DNA of 64,000 nt from Acholeplasmataceae bacterium (GTDB lineage Bacteria; Bacillota_I; Bacilli_A; Acholeplasmatales; Acholeplasmataceae). Shown here piece by piece: positions 1 to 10,389 of the stretch. The DNA lies in NCBI GenBank assembly GCA_963667565.1, contig OY763415.1, forward strand, positions 160,001-224,000, written 5' to 3'. A model generated the notes under the pieces. That model made no database searches. It worked only from the letters and a program-made list of their open reading frames with translations, and was not told where the DNA came from. The position numbers were made by a program, and so were the translations under genes. Within the stretch, counting starts at the first letter, position 1. The number at the start of each line of letters is the position of its first letter.

Positions 1-767
1 ATATGCTATCAGGATATGATGATGCATATCGTACATTCTCAAATAATTTTAGTGGTAAATGGGTAAATGGTACTCAAGTAAGAATTGATGATCAAGTTGT
101 TAATTGGATTAAACAAACTAAGATCTATTCAAACAATGCATACAACAATGGGAATTCATTATGGAGCGAAGGTTGGGCAGCTGATCAAGGTCCAGATGGA
201 AATGTATTTGGATTCTTCTACTCAACTTGGGGTATTAACTTTACATTATTAGGAAACTCATTAGCAGATCCAAATGCAGCCCAAGAAGTTGGCAATGGTA
301 TTTATGGCGATTGGGGTGTTGTACAAGGACCTGCAAGTTATTATTGGGGTGGTACTTGGATCGTTGGTGCTGTAGGTACTGATAACAAAACATTAGTTAG
401 AGATATTATGGTAACTTTAACAATGAATAGTAGTATTGCTAAAGACATCACATTAACAACTCAAGATTACACAAACAATAAGAGTGCAATGGATTATATT
501 GCAAATGATCCAAGTTATGGTTCAGCATTTTTAGGCGGTCAAAATCATATCGCATTATTTAACAGCGCAGCTGATAATATTGATATGAGTAATACATCTC
601 CATATGATCAAGGTTTAAATGAAAGTATTCAAAATGCATTCTCTGATTACTTTACAGGTGAAGTTACATGGGCACAAGCATGGTCAAATTTTGAAAATGC
701 AGTTTCTACACTTTATCCTGAATTAACTTTCCCAGCATCTTATCCAGCAGAACCAACATATAACTAA
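1..767 (+). CDS. Carbohydrate ABC transporter substrate-binding protein, C-terminal part (5' end outside window)
   Basis: ORF open from the window edge; 'GPASYYWGGTW' and 'FLGGQN' motifs typical of sugar-binding proteins; directly upstream of sugar permease and GH94. Confidence 0.85.
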   Translation, partial: MLSGYDDAYRTFSNNFSGKWVNGTQVRIDDQVVNWIKQTKIYSNNAYNNGNSLWSEGWAADQGPDGNVFGFFYSTWGINFTLLGNSLADPNAAQEVGNGIYGDWGVVQGPASYYWGGTWIVGAVGTDNKTLVRDIMVTLTMNSSIAKDITLTTQDYTNNKSAMDYIANDPSYGSAFLGGQNHIALFNSAADNIDMSNTSPYDQGLNESIQNAFSDYFTGEVTWAQAWSNFENAVSTLYPELTFPASYPAEPTYN

Positions 768-791
768 TTAATAAACAAAACTATGAAAAGG

Positions 792-818
792 TAATGAGGA
801 GATTTAATCTCCTCATTA
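792..818 (+). promoter_or_regulatory. Intercistronic 12-bp stem-loop without U-tract
   Basis: TAATGAGGAGAT-tta-ATCTCCTCATTA perfect inverted repeat between binding protein and permease. Confidence 0.7.
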
Positions 819-841
819 TCAACATATAGTAAGGAGTTTCC

Positions 842-2836
842 ATGCAACAAGAATCTAAACTACAACCACTTAAAGAAAAAACAAAAAAAACAAGAGTGGA
901 TTATAACAAATGGGGATATTATTTCCTTATTCCTTTTATTGTTGTTTATTTTGTTTTTTCCTTAATCCCGTTATTGTCAACATTTTATTATAGTTTTTTT
1001 GAATATCGACAACAAGGATTATCAATTATAGGGCCTAATTTTATAGGTTTTCAAAACTACTCAACTGTATTTACAGAAGGACCCGATAAATTATTTAAAT
1101 ATTTTGGTAATACCATGATTATGTGGATTCTAGGCTTCATTCCACAATTAGTCATCTCATTACTTTTCGCTTTATGGTTTACCAGTAACAGGTTAAAAAT
1201 AAAAGCAAGCAGTTTTTATAAAACCATTATGTATATGCCTAATTTAGTGATGGCTGCAGCATTTTCCATGTTATTTATGCAATTATTTGGAAAAAATGGG
1301 CCTATTGAAACTCTATTGATTAACTCTGGCATTGTCGGTGAGACATTCACATTTGCAGGTAAAGTTTGGGCATCTAGGAGTATTATAGCTTTCATGAATT
1401 TCCTCATGTGGTTTGGTAATACAACTATTTTGTTAATGGCCGGTATTATGGGTATTGATCAAATGGTCATAGAGTCTGCTCAAGTTGATGGGGCATCAAG
1501 TGCAAAGGTCTTTTATAAAATCATACTTCCACTTTTAAAACCGATTTTGTTATTTGTATTAGTCACATCATTAATTGGTGGTGTGCAAATGTTTGATATA
1601 CCTTACATCTATTCACAAGGTGATGGTGGTCCTAATTTTTCAACCATGACCATTATGATGTATTTATCAAAATTACTAGGACCAAGTAAACAATTAGGTC
1701 TTGCGGGTGCAGTATCTGTTCTTGTATTTATTATCACAGGAGCAATGAGTGTATTTTTCTTCAAGTTTTTAGGTACTGATAATGAAAAAGCTGTTGTCGA
1801 AAAATCACATAAGGACTTATTAAAACCATTAAAAGAGTGGTTTAAAAAACATGATGTTGTTGATTATTTAAGAACTAAAAGATATGAACGAAAAGTCATC
1901 AAAGAAAGCAATAAAGAACAAAAGAAAAAACAAAATGGTATGACATCTAAACTTTCATTAATTGGCCAAAAGTTCCTTGTATATCTTGTGTTCACATTAT
2001 TTACATTAACCATTATATTTATCTTTTATTTACTCATATTAAATGCAACAAAGAGTCATACTTGGATTCAAAGAGGATTTAACATATTACCAGATGGTAC
2101 ATTTAAAGAAAATATATTTAGATTTTTTGATAGTTTAGTACCACAAAGTAATTTCTTAATTAATTTTAATAATCTATTAGATAATCAAAACTTACATGTG
2201 GGTCGCGCATTGTTTAATAGTTTATTCATCTCTGTTTCAACAGCAGTATTAACAACTTATTTTAGTGCAATGACAGCTTATGCCATCCACCTTTATAAGT
2301 TTAAGGGTAGAAAATTCATCTATACATTTATATTAAGTATTATGATGATTCCAACTCAAATTGCCAGTGCTGGATTAATTGCGTTGCTCTATCGTTATAG
2401 TTTACTTGATAACTACTGGATCTTAATTGTTCCAGGTATTGCAGCACCTGCAACATTTTTCTTCATGAAGCAATATATGGATTCAGTATTACCCTATGAG
2501 GTCATTGAATCTGCAAGAGTTGATGGAGCAACAGAAATTAAGACTTTCCACCGACTTGTATTACCAATGATTAGTCCAGCAATTGCTGTTCAGTTTATTT
2601 TTAGTTTTGTTGCTTCTTGGAATAATTTCTATTTACCAAATTTAGTAATTATCTCACCAGAGAAGAAGACAATTCCAATCGTCATTAGTTTATTAACAAG
2701 TTCAAGTCCAGACACATTTGATTTAGGACCTGTATATATGCTAATGGTATTAGCGATTGTACCTATGATGATTATTTATTTAATATTATCTAAAAAAATT
2801 ATCAAAGGTGTCACTTTAGGTAGTGTAAAAGGATAG
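842..2836 (+). CDS. Carbohydrate ABC permease with two transmembrane domains (MalF-like + MalG-like) fused
   Basis: Two EAA loops (ESAQVDGAS, ESARVDGAT), two hydrophobic blocks joined by a Lys-rich linker; RBS AAGGAG. Confidence 0.9.
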   Translation: MQQESKLQPLKEKTKKTRVDYNKWGYYFLIPFIVVYFVFSLIPLLSTFYYSFFEYRQQGLSIIGPNFIGFQNYSTVFTEGPDKLFKYFGNTMIMWILGFIPQLVISLLFALWFTSNRLKIKASSFYKTIMYMPNLVMAAAFSMLFMQLFGKNGPIETLLINSGIVGETFTFAGKVWASRSIIAFMNFLMWFGNTTILLMAGIMGIDQMVIESAQVDGASSAKVFYKIILPLLKPILLFVLVTSLIGGVQMFDIPYIYSQGDGGPNFSTMTIMMYLSKLLGPSKQLGLAGAVSVLVFIITGAMSVFFFKFLGTDNEKAVVEKSHKDLLKPLKEWFKKHDVVDYLRTKRYERKVIKESNKEQKKKQNGMTSKLSLIGQKFLVYLVFTLFTLTIIFIFYLLILNATKSHTWIQRGFNILPDGTFKENIFRFFDSLVPQSNFLINFNNLLDNQNLHVGRALFNSLFISVSTAVLTTYFSAMTAYAIHLYKFKGRKFIYTFILSIMMIPTQIASAGLIALLYRYSLLDNYWILIVPGIAAPATFFFMKQYMDSVLPYEVIESARVDGATEIKTFHRLVLPMISPAIAVQFIFSFVASWNNFYLPNLVIISPEKKTIPIVISLLTSSSPDTFDLGPVYMLMVLAIVPMMIIYLILSKKIIKGVTLGSVKG

Positions 2837-2855
2837 AATTTGGAGAACAATTAAA

Positions 2856-5276
2856 ATGAAATATGGATATTTTGACGATAAAAACAAAGCTTACGTAATC
2901 ACAAATCCTTTGACACCAACACCATGGATTAATTATTTGGGGACAAAGGGGTACTATGCACTTATTTCGCAAACAGGTGGCGGATATACGTTTTATGAAG
3001 ATGCGAAATTACGTCGTATTACTAGATATAGATATAATAATGTACCAACCGATTTTGGTGGGAAATATTATTACATCAAAGATGGAAATCAAGTTTGGAA
3101 TCCTGGATTTTTACCTATGAAAACAAACCTTGATCATTATGAATGTCATCATGGTATGGGATATACAAAAATCATAAGTTCACTTAATGAAATATCAACA
3201 GAACTTACATATTTTATTCCAACCGAAGATCAAGTTGAACTACATGTAATGAAGATCATAAATAACAGTCAAGAACAAAAAAACATCAAAGTCTTTGGTT
3301 TAGTTGAATGGGCTTTATGGAATGCGGTTGATGATCAAACAAACTTTCAAAGAAATTTAAATATCGCTGAAGTTGAAGTGATAGGAAATACAGTTTATCA
3401 TAAGACTGAATATAGAGAAAGAAGAAATCATTATGCATACTATCATGTCAATCAAGATATTAGTGGTTTTGATACAGATCGTGAATCATTCCTTGGTCTA
3501 TATCGTGGATGGCAAGACCCTTTAGTTGTCTTAGAAGGTCGAAGTAATAACAGTATAGCGAGTGGTGGATCTCCAATTGCGAGTCTTGAAAATGAGATTT
3601 CTTTAGCACCAGGTGAAGAAAAAACACTCATTTATCATCTTGGTTATATAGAAAATGAAGAAGATGATAAATTTGATTCAACAGGATTCATTAATAAGAC
3701 AAAAGCCTATCGTAACATGGATAAATATGATGATTTAGAAGAAGTCATACATGCATTTGATATATTAGGATCATTTTGGGATAATACTTTATCTAAATAT
3801 CAAATACAATCAGATGATGAAAAATTGAATCGCATGGTTAATATTTGGCATCAATATCAATGTATGACAACATTTAATATGAGCAGATCTGCAAGTTACT
3901 ATGAAAGTGGTACGGGTAGAGGTATGGGCTTTAGAGATAGTTGTCAAGATATTTTAGGGTTTGTCCATATGATCCCTGAGCGTTCTAGAGAACGCATCCT
4001 AGATTTAGCAGCTATTCAATTAGAAGATGGAAGTACTTATCATCAATATCAACCTCTCACCAAAGAAGGAAATGCGGATATTGGTGGTAAATTTAATGAT
4101 GATCCACTTTGGTTGATTGCTGCAGTATCAGCTTACATTAAAGAAACTGGTGACGCATCTATTTTAGATGTAAAGATTCCATACAATCATGTTAAAGGAT
4201 CAGAAAAACCATTATTTGATCACTTAAAGAGAAGTATCCATTACACAATGAAGAATTTGGGGCCTCATCAATTACCATTAATTGGTCGAGCTGATTGGAA
4301 TGATTGTCTCAATCTAAATTGTTTTTCTAAAACACCAGGTGAATCATTTCAAACAACTGAACATATTGAGTCAGGTGTAGCTGAAAGTGTATTTATTGCT
4401 GGTATGTTTGTTAAATACGGAAAAGAATACATTGACTTATGCCATTTAATTGATGAAAAAAATGAAGCAAACATCGTCACCAAAGCTGTTGATCAAATGA
4501 CAAAAAGTGTGTTAGAGCACGGGTGGGATGGATCTTGGTTCTTAAGAGCATATGATGCTTTTGGAAATAAAGTAGGTAGTCATGAAAATGATGAAGGTAA
4601 GATTTTTGTGGAACCACAAGGTTTTTGTACAATGGCAGGTATTGGTGGCATCGAATATGGCAAAAAAGCACTTTCAAATGTTGATAGATATTTGAAAAAT
4701 GATTACGGTGTAGAACTTCTTTATCCTCCTTATAGTAAATACCATTTAGAATTAGGTGAAATATCTTCATATCCTCCAGGATATAAAGAAAATGGAAGTG
4801 TTTTTTGCCATAATAATCCTTGGATTGTCATCGCTTATGCAAATGTATCTGATGGGGATCGTGCATTTGATATTTATCAAAGAAATGCACCAGCATATAA
4901 TGAACACATTAGTGAAATTCATAAGACTGAACCTTATGTATATGCACAAACCATCGCAGGTCGATTTGCTTCGCATTATGGAGAAGCTAAAAACAGTTGG
5001 TTAACAGGTACTGCTTCATGGACTTTTGTGGCTATTAGCCAGTATATTTTAGGTATTAAACCACATTTAGAAGGTTTAGAAATTGATCCTGTTCTCCCAC
5101 GTGATTTTAATGATTTAGATATTATTCGATTTTTTAGAAACAGTCAATTTAATATTCATATAAGAAAAAATAAAGATAAACAAGGACAATTATATGTAGA
5201 TGGCAAAATACAACAATCAAAAATCATTAAGTTAACACCTCATGATAAAATGTATGATGTCATCATATATGTATAA
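2856..5276 (+). CDS. GH94 glycoside phosphorylase, most like cellobiose phosphorylase
   Basis: MKYGYFDD start, 'TPTPWINYLG', 'GRGMGFRDSCQD', catalytic 'ADWNDCL', 'KENG', 'SWLTGTASW'; 806 aa. Confidence 0.93.
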   Translation: MKYGYFDDKNKAYVITNPLTPTPWINYLGTKGYYALISQTGGGYTFYEDAKLRRITRYRYNNVPTDFGGKYYYIKDGNQVWNPGFLPMKTNLDHYECHHGMGYTKIISSLNEISTELTYFIPTEDQVELHVMKIINNSQEQKNIKVFGLVEWALWNAVDDQTNFQRNLNIAEVEVIGNTVYHKTEYRERRNHYAYYHVNQDISGFDTDRESFLGLYRGWQDPLVVLEGRSNNSIASGGSPIASLENEISLAPGEEKTLIYHLGYIENEEDDKFDSTGFINKTKAYRNMDKYDDLEEVIHAFDILGSFWDNTLSKYQIQSDDEKLNRMVNIWHQYQCMTTFNMSRSASYYESGTGRGMGFRDSCQDILGFVHMIPERSRERILDLAAIQLEDGSTYHQYQPLTKEGNADIGGKFNDDPLWLIAAVSAYIKETGDASILDVKIPYNHVKGSEKPLFDHLKRSIHYTMKNLGPHQLPLIGRADWNDCLNLNCFSKTPGESFQTTEHIESGVAESVFIAGMFVKYGKEYIDLCHLIDEKNEANIVTKAVDQMTKSVLEHGWDGSWFLRAYDAFGNKVGSHENDEGKIFVEPQGFCTMAGIGGIEYGKKALSNVDRYLKNDYGVELLYPPYSKYHLELGEISSYPPGYKENGSVFCHNNPWIVIAYANVSDGDRAFDIYQRNAPAYNEHISEIHKTEPYVYAQTIAGRFASHYGEAKNSWLTGTASWTFVAISQYILGIKPHLEGLEIDPVLPRDFNDLDIIRFFRNSQFNIHIRKNKDKQGQLYVDGKIQQSKIIKLTPHDKMYDVIIYV

Positions 5277-5285
5277 GGAGTCTTT

Positions 5286-6584
5286 ATGAAACAATTTTTA
5301 TTTGGAGTTGCTACTGCAGCCTATCAAATTGAAGGTACTCAAAAAGCATTTAAAACAATTTGGGATGATCATTTAGATCAAATTGAAGATCGTTCTAATT
5401 GTGATATTGCTTGTGATTTTTATCATCAATATGAAAAAGATATTGAATATATAAAAAACTTAAATGTTGACGTGTATAGAATGTCTATTTCTTGGGCACG
5501 TATACAACCAAAAAAAGATGAATTTTCATCAGAAGGTATTTTATTTTATAAAACTATTTTTGAACTGTTAAAAGAAAAAAACATCATGGTTGATGTCACA
5601 TTATATCACTGGGATATGCCTCAGTGGTTACTTGATTTAGAAATTGGCTTTGACCATGAAGAAATCATAAGTTATTTTTTAACTTATGCTAAAAAGATGT
5701 TTGAATTATATGATTCGTATGTTCATGCTTGGGCAACGATTAATGAACCTTGGTGTGTCAGCGTGGTGGGTTATTTTTATGGAAGTCATGCACCATTCGT
5801 TCAAGATTTAGAACGTATGGTTAAAGCACAATATTACACATTAAGAGTTCATCAAGAAGTCTATCAATACTATAAAAAATATTATAAAAAACCCATAGGG
5901 ATTGTTCTAAATTTATGGCAACAATATCCTCAAACTAACAATCAACTTGACATGACTGCAACCTTGTATTCAGATATATTTCACAATCAAATTTATTTAA
6001 GTCCATTATTCAAAGGTGTTTATCCAGAAAAATGGTTATTAAAACTTAAAACACTACATATAGATCTATCATTTATGGACATGGATAAAATATATGAAAT
6101 GAAAAACAGTCTTGATTATTTGGGTATCAATTATTATTCACATCACACGATTGCCTATGACATCAATCACCCATTTAATTTTAAACATGTTGATACAATC
6201 TATGATAAAACAGCTATGGGATGGGAAGTACATGCTGAGGGATTAATTGATCTTATCAAAGTTATAAGAAAAGCGTATTCTGATATTGATATCTATATTA
6301 CTGAAAATGGCGCTGCATTTGATGATGAATTTAAAGATGGCAGCATTCATGATGTTCAAAGACAAAAATATATTATAGATCATGCAACGCGCATTTATGA
6401 AGAAAGAGAACGTCTAAACATTAAAGGATATTATTGTTGGAGTTTAATGGATAACTTTGAATGGGCATTTGGTTATACAAAAAGATTTGGGTTAATCTAT
6501 ATTGATTTTAAGACATTAAAGAGATTCCCAAAAGACAGTTATTTCGCATATAAAAATTTAATCGAGTCACTTCAAAAAGGGTAA
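5286..6584 (+). CDS. GH1 beta-glucosidase
   Basis: 'FGVATAAYQIEG', acid/base 'TINEP', nucleophile 'ITENG', 'WSLMDNFEW'. Confidence 0.95.
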   Translation: MKQFLFGVATAAYQIEGTQKAFKTIWDDHLDQIEDRSNCDIACDFYHQYEKDIEYIKNLNVDVYRMSISWARIQPKKDEFSSEGILFYKTIFELLKEKNIMVDVTLYHWDMPQWLLDLEIGFDHEEIISYFLTYAKKMFELYDSYVHAWATINEPWCVSVVGYFYGSHAPFVQDLERMVKAQYYTLRVHQEVYQYYKKYYKKPIGIVLNLWQQYPQTNNQLDMTATLYSDIFHNQIYLSPLFKGVYPEKWLLKLKTLHIDLSFMDMDKIYEMKNSLDYLGINYYSHHTIAYDINHPFNFKHVDTIYDKTAMGWEVHAEGLIDLIKVIRKAYSDIDIYITENGAAFDDEFKDGSIHDVQRQKYIIDHATRIYEERERLNIKGYYCWSLMDNFEWAFGYTKRFGLIYIDFKTLKRFPKDSYFAYKNLIESLQKG

Positions 6585-6588
6585 CCCT

Positions 6589-6672
6589 AGCAATGTTGCA
6601 AATTTCACTTTGATTTAGAATTGTTTTTTCTCCTATAACAAAAAACATTCAATTTGTAACATTGCTTTTTTT
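6589..6672 (+). terminator. Long structured terminator-like element ending the sugar operon
   Basis: AGCAATGTTGCAAATT (6589-6604) pairs with AATTTGTAACATTGCT (6651-6666), inner stem 6618-6650, followed by a T-run. Confidence 0.6.
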
Positions 6673-6674
6673 GT

Positions 6675-6683
6675 TGATATAAT
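6675..6683 (+). promoter_or_regulatory. Extended -10 promoter (TGnTATAAT) for recG
   Basis: TGATATAAT upstream of RBS AGGTG and GTG start; the same TGnTATAAT form precedes plsX, dnaE, pfkA and uvrB. Confidence 0.6.
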
Positions 6684-6699
6684 ACTAATAGGTGATATT

Positions 6700-8661
6700 G
6701 TGGAAATCAAGTTAGATCAAGTTGAAGGTATTGGACCTCAGACACTTAGAAAATTAAGAAATCAAAATTTATGGTCAACCTATGATCTTGTTTTAAACGT
6801 ACCCAAAGGGTATCAAGATTTTTCCATTTCTAAAATATCTGATTTGAAGCACCAATCAAAAGTGACAATCAAAGGAAGTATCATTGGAAGAATTACAGAT
6901 CATCCGTATGGTAAAGTTTTTTCATCAACGTTTGATGTAATCTATCTTGAACAAGTATTTCATGTGATCATTTTTAATCGTAAATACTTAAGTAAACAAA
7001 TCAAAGATGGCCAAGAAGTCATTATCCAAGGCATTTACAATTTGTACCAACAACAAATTGTTGCATCTGACATAAGAACTAAAATTGATGAAAGTGATAT
7101 AAAACCTGTTTATCGAATCAAAGATGTGAGCGATCAACTCATCCATCAAAGTATGAAACATATATTTAAGGAACAAATGGTTCAAATATTTGAGATTATT
7201 CCAGAATATTTACTTCATAAATATCGATTGATTTCAAGATATGATGCATATCATCATATTCATCTACCTCAAAGTTTTAAAGATATTGATGAAGCAACCA
7301 GAAGACTTAAATATGAGGAAGCATTTTTTCTTGAACTCAAGGTTGTTTCAGATCAATCAAGACTCATTGAAAGAAAACCAAAATCATATGATATTACTTT
7401 TGTAAAATCTTTTATTGAAACTATACCTTATGAGTTAACCAAAGATCAAAAAGAAGCAGTCAATGATATTTATCGTGATTTTAAAAAAGATCATGCGATG
7501 TTTAGACTCATTCAAGGTGATGTTGGATCTGGAAAAACGATTGTTGCCTTAATTGCGATTATGGCAGTCGTCTCCATGAAAGAACAAGCTGTTTTTATGG
7601 CACCAACGACCATTTTAGCAGAACAACAATATATCACATATCAAAAATTAGCACCTCATCTAAAAATCGCCTTATTAACGCAAAAGACACCAAATAAGAA
7701 GCAGATGCTATTAGACATTAATAATCATGTCTATGATGTTGTCGTTGGTACACATGCATTAATAGAAGATACGGTAAATTTTAGTAAACTTGGGTTGGTC
7801 GTTATTGATGAGCAACATAAGTTTGGTGTTGAAACAAGAAATCAACTTATAAAAAAATCACATTCAAAAGATGTCTTATATTTAACAGCAACACCGATTC
7901 CAAGAACACTAGCAATGATGACTTTTGGTGGGCAAAATGTATCCATCATTAAAGAAAAACCTAAACAAAAAGAACCCATTGAAACAATCTATGTTACAAA
8001 AGATTTGCTAGCTGAGATTTTTAAAAAGATAAATGAAGAAGTTAAGTTAAAACACCATGTTTATGTTGTCGTACCTGCCATTTCGTCAGATAAAGTTGAT
8101 GATAACATTAATTCGGTTCATCACCTTTTAACACAAGAAGTTAAAGCACCTATTTTTATGCTTCATGGACAAATGAGTAAGGATGAACAAGAACTTCAAA
8201 TGCAGTCATTTATGCATGAACCAAGTGTTTTACTTGCAACAACGATGATTGAAGTTGGCATCGATGTATCAACTGCAACGATGATGGTTATTTTTTCAGC
8301 AGAAAATTTTGGATTATCGCAACTCCATCAGCTTAGAGGTAGAATTGGAAGAAATGAATTAAAGAGTACGTGCTATTTAGTCAGCGAAAAAGATGATATT
8401 GAACGTCTTCATTTATTGTCTCAAATCGATGATGGATTTGAACTTGCCAATTATGATTTGAAATTAAGAGGACCTGGAGATTTTATTGGTCAAGAACAAA
8501 GCGGATTTCTTAAATTCAATTTTTTAGATATTATGAGTGATCATAAACTGATTGATATAGCACAAAATGATGTTTATGAACTTTTAAAACAAAAAGATTT
8601 TCAGAAAAATCAGAAGTATTACTATTTAAGAAACTACATTAAAGAGTCGTTAAAAATATGA
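6700..8661 (+). CDS. recG: ATP-dependent DNA helicase RecG
   Basis: 'RLIQGDVGSGKT', 'VIDEQHKFG', 'TATPIPRTLA', 'QLHQLRGRIGR', 'DLKLRGPGD'. Confidence 0.96.
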   Translation: MEIKLDQVEGIGPQTLRKLRNQNLWSTYDLVLNVPKGYQDFSISKISDLKHQSKVTIKGSIIGRITDHPYGKVFSSTFDVIYLEQVFHVIIFNRKYLSKQIKDGQEVIIQGIYNLYQQQIVASDIRTKIDESDIKPVYRIKDVSDQLIHQSMKHIFKEQMVQIFEIIPEYLLHKYRLISRYDAYHHIHLPQSFKDIDEATRRLKYEEAFFLELKVVSDQSRLIERKPKSYDITFVKSFIETIPYELTKDQKEAVNDIYRDFKKDHAMFRLIQGDVGSGKTIVALIAIMAVVSMKEQAVFMAPTTILAEQQYITYQKLAPHLKIALLTQKTPNKKQMLLDINNHVYDVVVGTHALIEDTVNFSKLGLVVIDEQHKFGVETRNQLIKKSHSKDVLYLTATPIPRTLAMMTFGGQNVSIIKEKPKQKEPIETIYVTKDLLAEIFKKINEEVKLKHHVYVVVPAISSDKVDDNINSVHHLLTQEVKAPIFMLHGQMSKDEQELQMQSFMHEPSVLLATTMIEVGIDVSTATMMVIFSAENFGLSQLHQLRGRIGRNELKSTCYLVSEKDDIERLHLLSQIDDGFELANYDLKLRGPGDFIGQEQSGFLKFNFLDIMSDHKLIDIAQNDVYELLKQKDFQKNQKYYYLRNYIKESLKI

Positions 8662-8694
8662 TATAATGATATCATAATTGCGAATGAAGCGAGG

Positions 8695-9708
8695 ATGAAT
8701 ATGATAAGAATAGCAGTTGATGGCATGGGTGGAGACTTTGCTCCTGAACAAATCGTCAAGGGAACATTATTAGCTTTAGAAAAATTTGAAGAAGTAGAAA
8801 TTAGTATTTTTGGTGATGAGAACAAAATGGCACCATTTTTAAAACCACATCCAAGATTACAAGTCATTCATACACCTTATTTTTTAGAAATGGGTGAAAA
8901 AGATCCAATTAAACAATATCGAACAAATAAAGAAGCATCCATGTTTTTAGCAATGCAAGCTGTTAAAGACGGAAAAGCTGATGCAATTGTAAGTTCTGGA
9001 CCTACCCAAGCATTAGTTGTTGCAGGTCATTTTATTGTTAAACGTATGGATCAAATGCGAAGAGTCGCAATTGCACCAATCATTCCTTCATACGATGGAA
9101 AAGGAAGAATCTTATTGGATTCAGGAGCGAATGTAGAACTAAGACCTGAACATTTACATGACTTTGCAGTTTATGCGAGTGTGATGGCTGAAAAAGTATT
9201 AAAAAGAGAAAATCCTCAAGTTGCCCTCATCAATATAGGTACCGAAGAAGGAAAAGGTAGAGAACTAGATAAAGAAACATTTAAATTATTTAAAGAAAGT
9301 CCAGACATCAATTTTTATGGTAATCTTGAGCCTAAGGAAATTTTCACATGCGATGCAGATGTTTTTATCTCTGATGGATTTACAGCAAACATCGTTATGA
9401 AAACCATGGAAGGTACTGCTAAAGGTTTAGGTATGGTTTTAAAAAGAGAAATTAAAGCTGGATTTATGTCTAAAATTGGTGCGCTTTTCATGAAAAAAGC
9501 ATTATATAAATTTAAGAAGTCATTAGATGCATCAGAAATTGGTGGAGCACTCTTAATGGGTCTTAATGGTGTTGTTATTAAAGCACATGGTTCATCAGAT
9601 GCATATGCTTTTTATAATGGAATTAGACAAGCAAAAGAAATGGTAGAAGCCGATGTGATTAACATCGTTTCAAATACACTCAAAAAAAGAGAAGAAAAGG
9701 AAGAATAA
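8695..9708 (+). CDS. plsX: Phosphate acyltransferase PlsX (start may be 8701)
   Basis: 'IAVDGMGGDFAP', 'LLDSGAN', 'NIGTEEGKG', 'KAHGSS'. Confidence 0.97.
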   Translation: MNMIRIAVDGMGGDFAPEQIVKGTLLALEKFEEVEISIFGDENKMAPFLKPHPRLQVIHTPYFLEMGEKDPIKQYRTNKEASMFLAMQAVKDGKADAIVSSGPTQALVVAGHFIVKRMDQMRRVAIAPIIPSYDGKGRILLDSGANVELRPEHLHDFAVYASVMAEKVLKRENPQVALINIGTEEGKGRELDKETFKLFKESPDINFYGNLEPKEIFTCDADVFISDGFTANIVMKTMEGTAKGLGMVLKREIKAGFMSKIGALFMKKALYKFKKSLDASEIGGALLMGLNGVVIKAHGSSDAYAFYNGIRQAKEMVEADVINIVSNTLKKREEKEE

Positions 9709-10389
9709 ATGATGATTAAAGCTTTATTAGAAAAGCTAAATCTTCCTTATAAGGATGAATCACTTTATGAAACTGCATTAACGCATTCTTCTTATGCGTA
9801 TGAAAACCAAACGGAAAACAATGAAAAATTAGAGTTTCTAGGCGATGCAGTGATTGAATTGTTGATGAGCGATTATCTTTATAAAGAAAATTTAGCAAAT
9901 GAAGGTGAAATGACAAAAAAACGAGCGAAAGCTGTTCGCGAAGAAGGGCTTGTCATTTATGCTGAAAAAATAGATTTAAAATCTTATATTAAACTTGGAA
10001 AAGGTGAAGCACAAAAAGGTGCGAATGATTCCATGATTTCAGATGCTTTTGAAGCATTGATGGGTGCGATATATCTTGATTTAGGATATATGGAAACTAA
10101 AAAAATATTCGAACAACTCGTCTTACCATATTTAAGTGAAACACTTTTAATTAGAGACTATAAATCAACACTCCAAGAATTTATTCAAAGTGATGGAAGA
10201 AGAAATATAAGTTACCACATCGTTCATGAAGTAGGACCTTCACACAATAGAAAATTTCAAGCGATTGTCAAATTGGATAATCATATTACACTTGGAACTG
10301 GACATGGTAAAACAAAGAAAGAAGCTGAGCAAAATGCTGCAAAAGCAGCATTAAAGAAAGGAAATTATGATTCTAAAGAGATTATATGA
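9709..10389 (+). CDS. rnc: Ribonuclease III
   Basis: 'ALTHSSY', 'NEKLEFLGDAV', 'DAFEALMGAIYLD', C-terminal dsRBD 'GKTKKEAEQNAA'. Confidence 0.97.
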   Translation: MMIKALLEKLNLPYKDESLYETALTHSSYAYENQTENNEKLEFLGDAVIELLMSDYLYKENLANEGEMTKKRAKAVREEGLVIYAEKIDLKSYIKLGKGEAQKGANDSMISDAFEALMGAIYLDLGYMETKKIFEQLVLPYLSETLLIRDYKSTLQEFIQSDGRRNISYHIVHEVGPSHNRKFQAIVKLDNHITLGTGHGKTKKEAEQNAAKAALKKGNYDSKEII

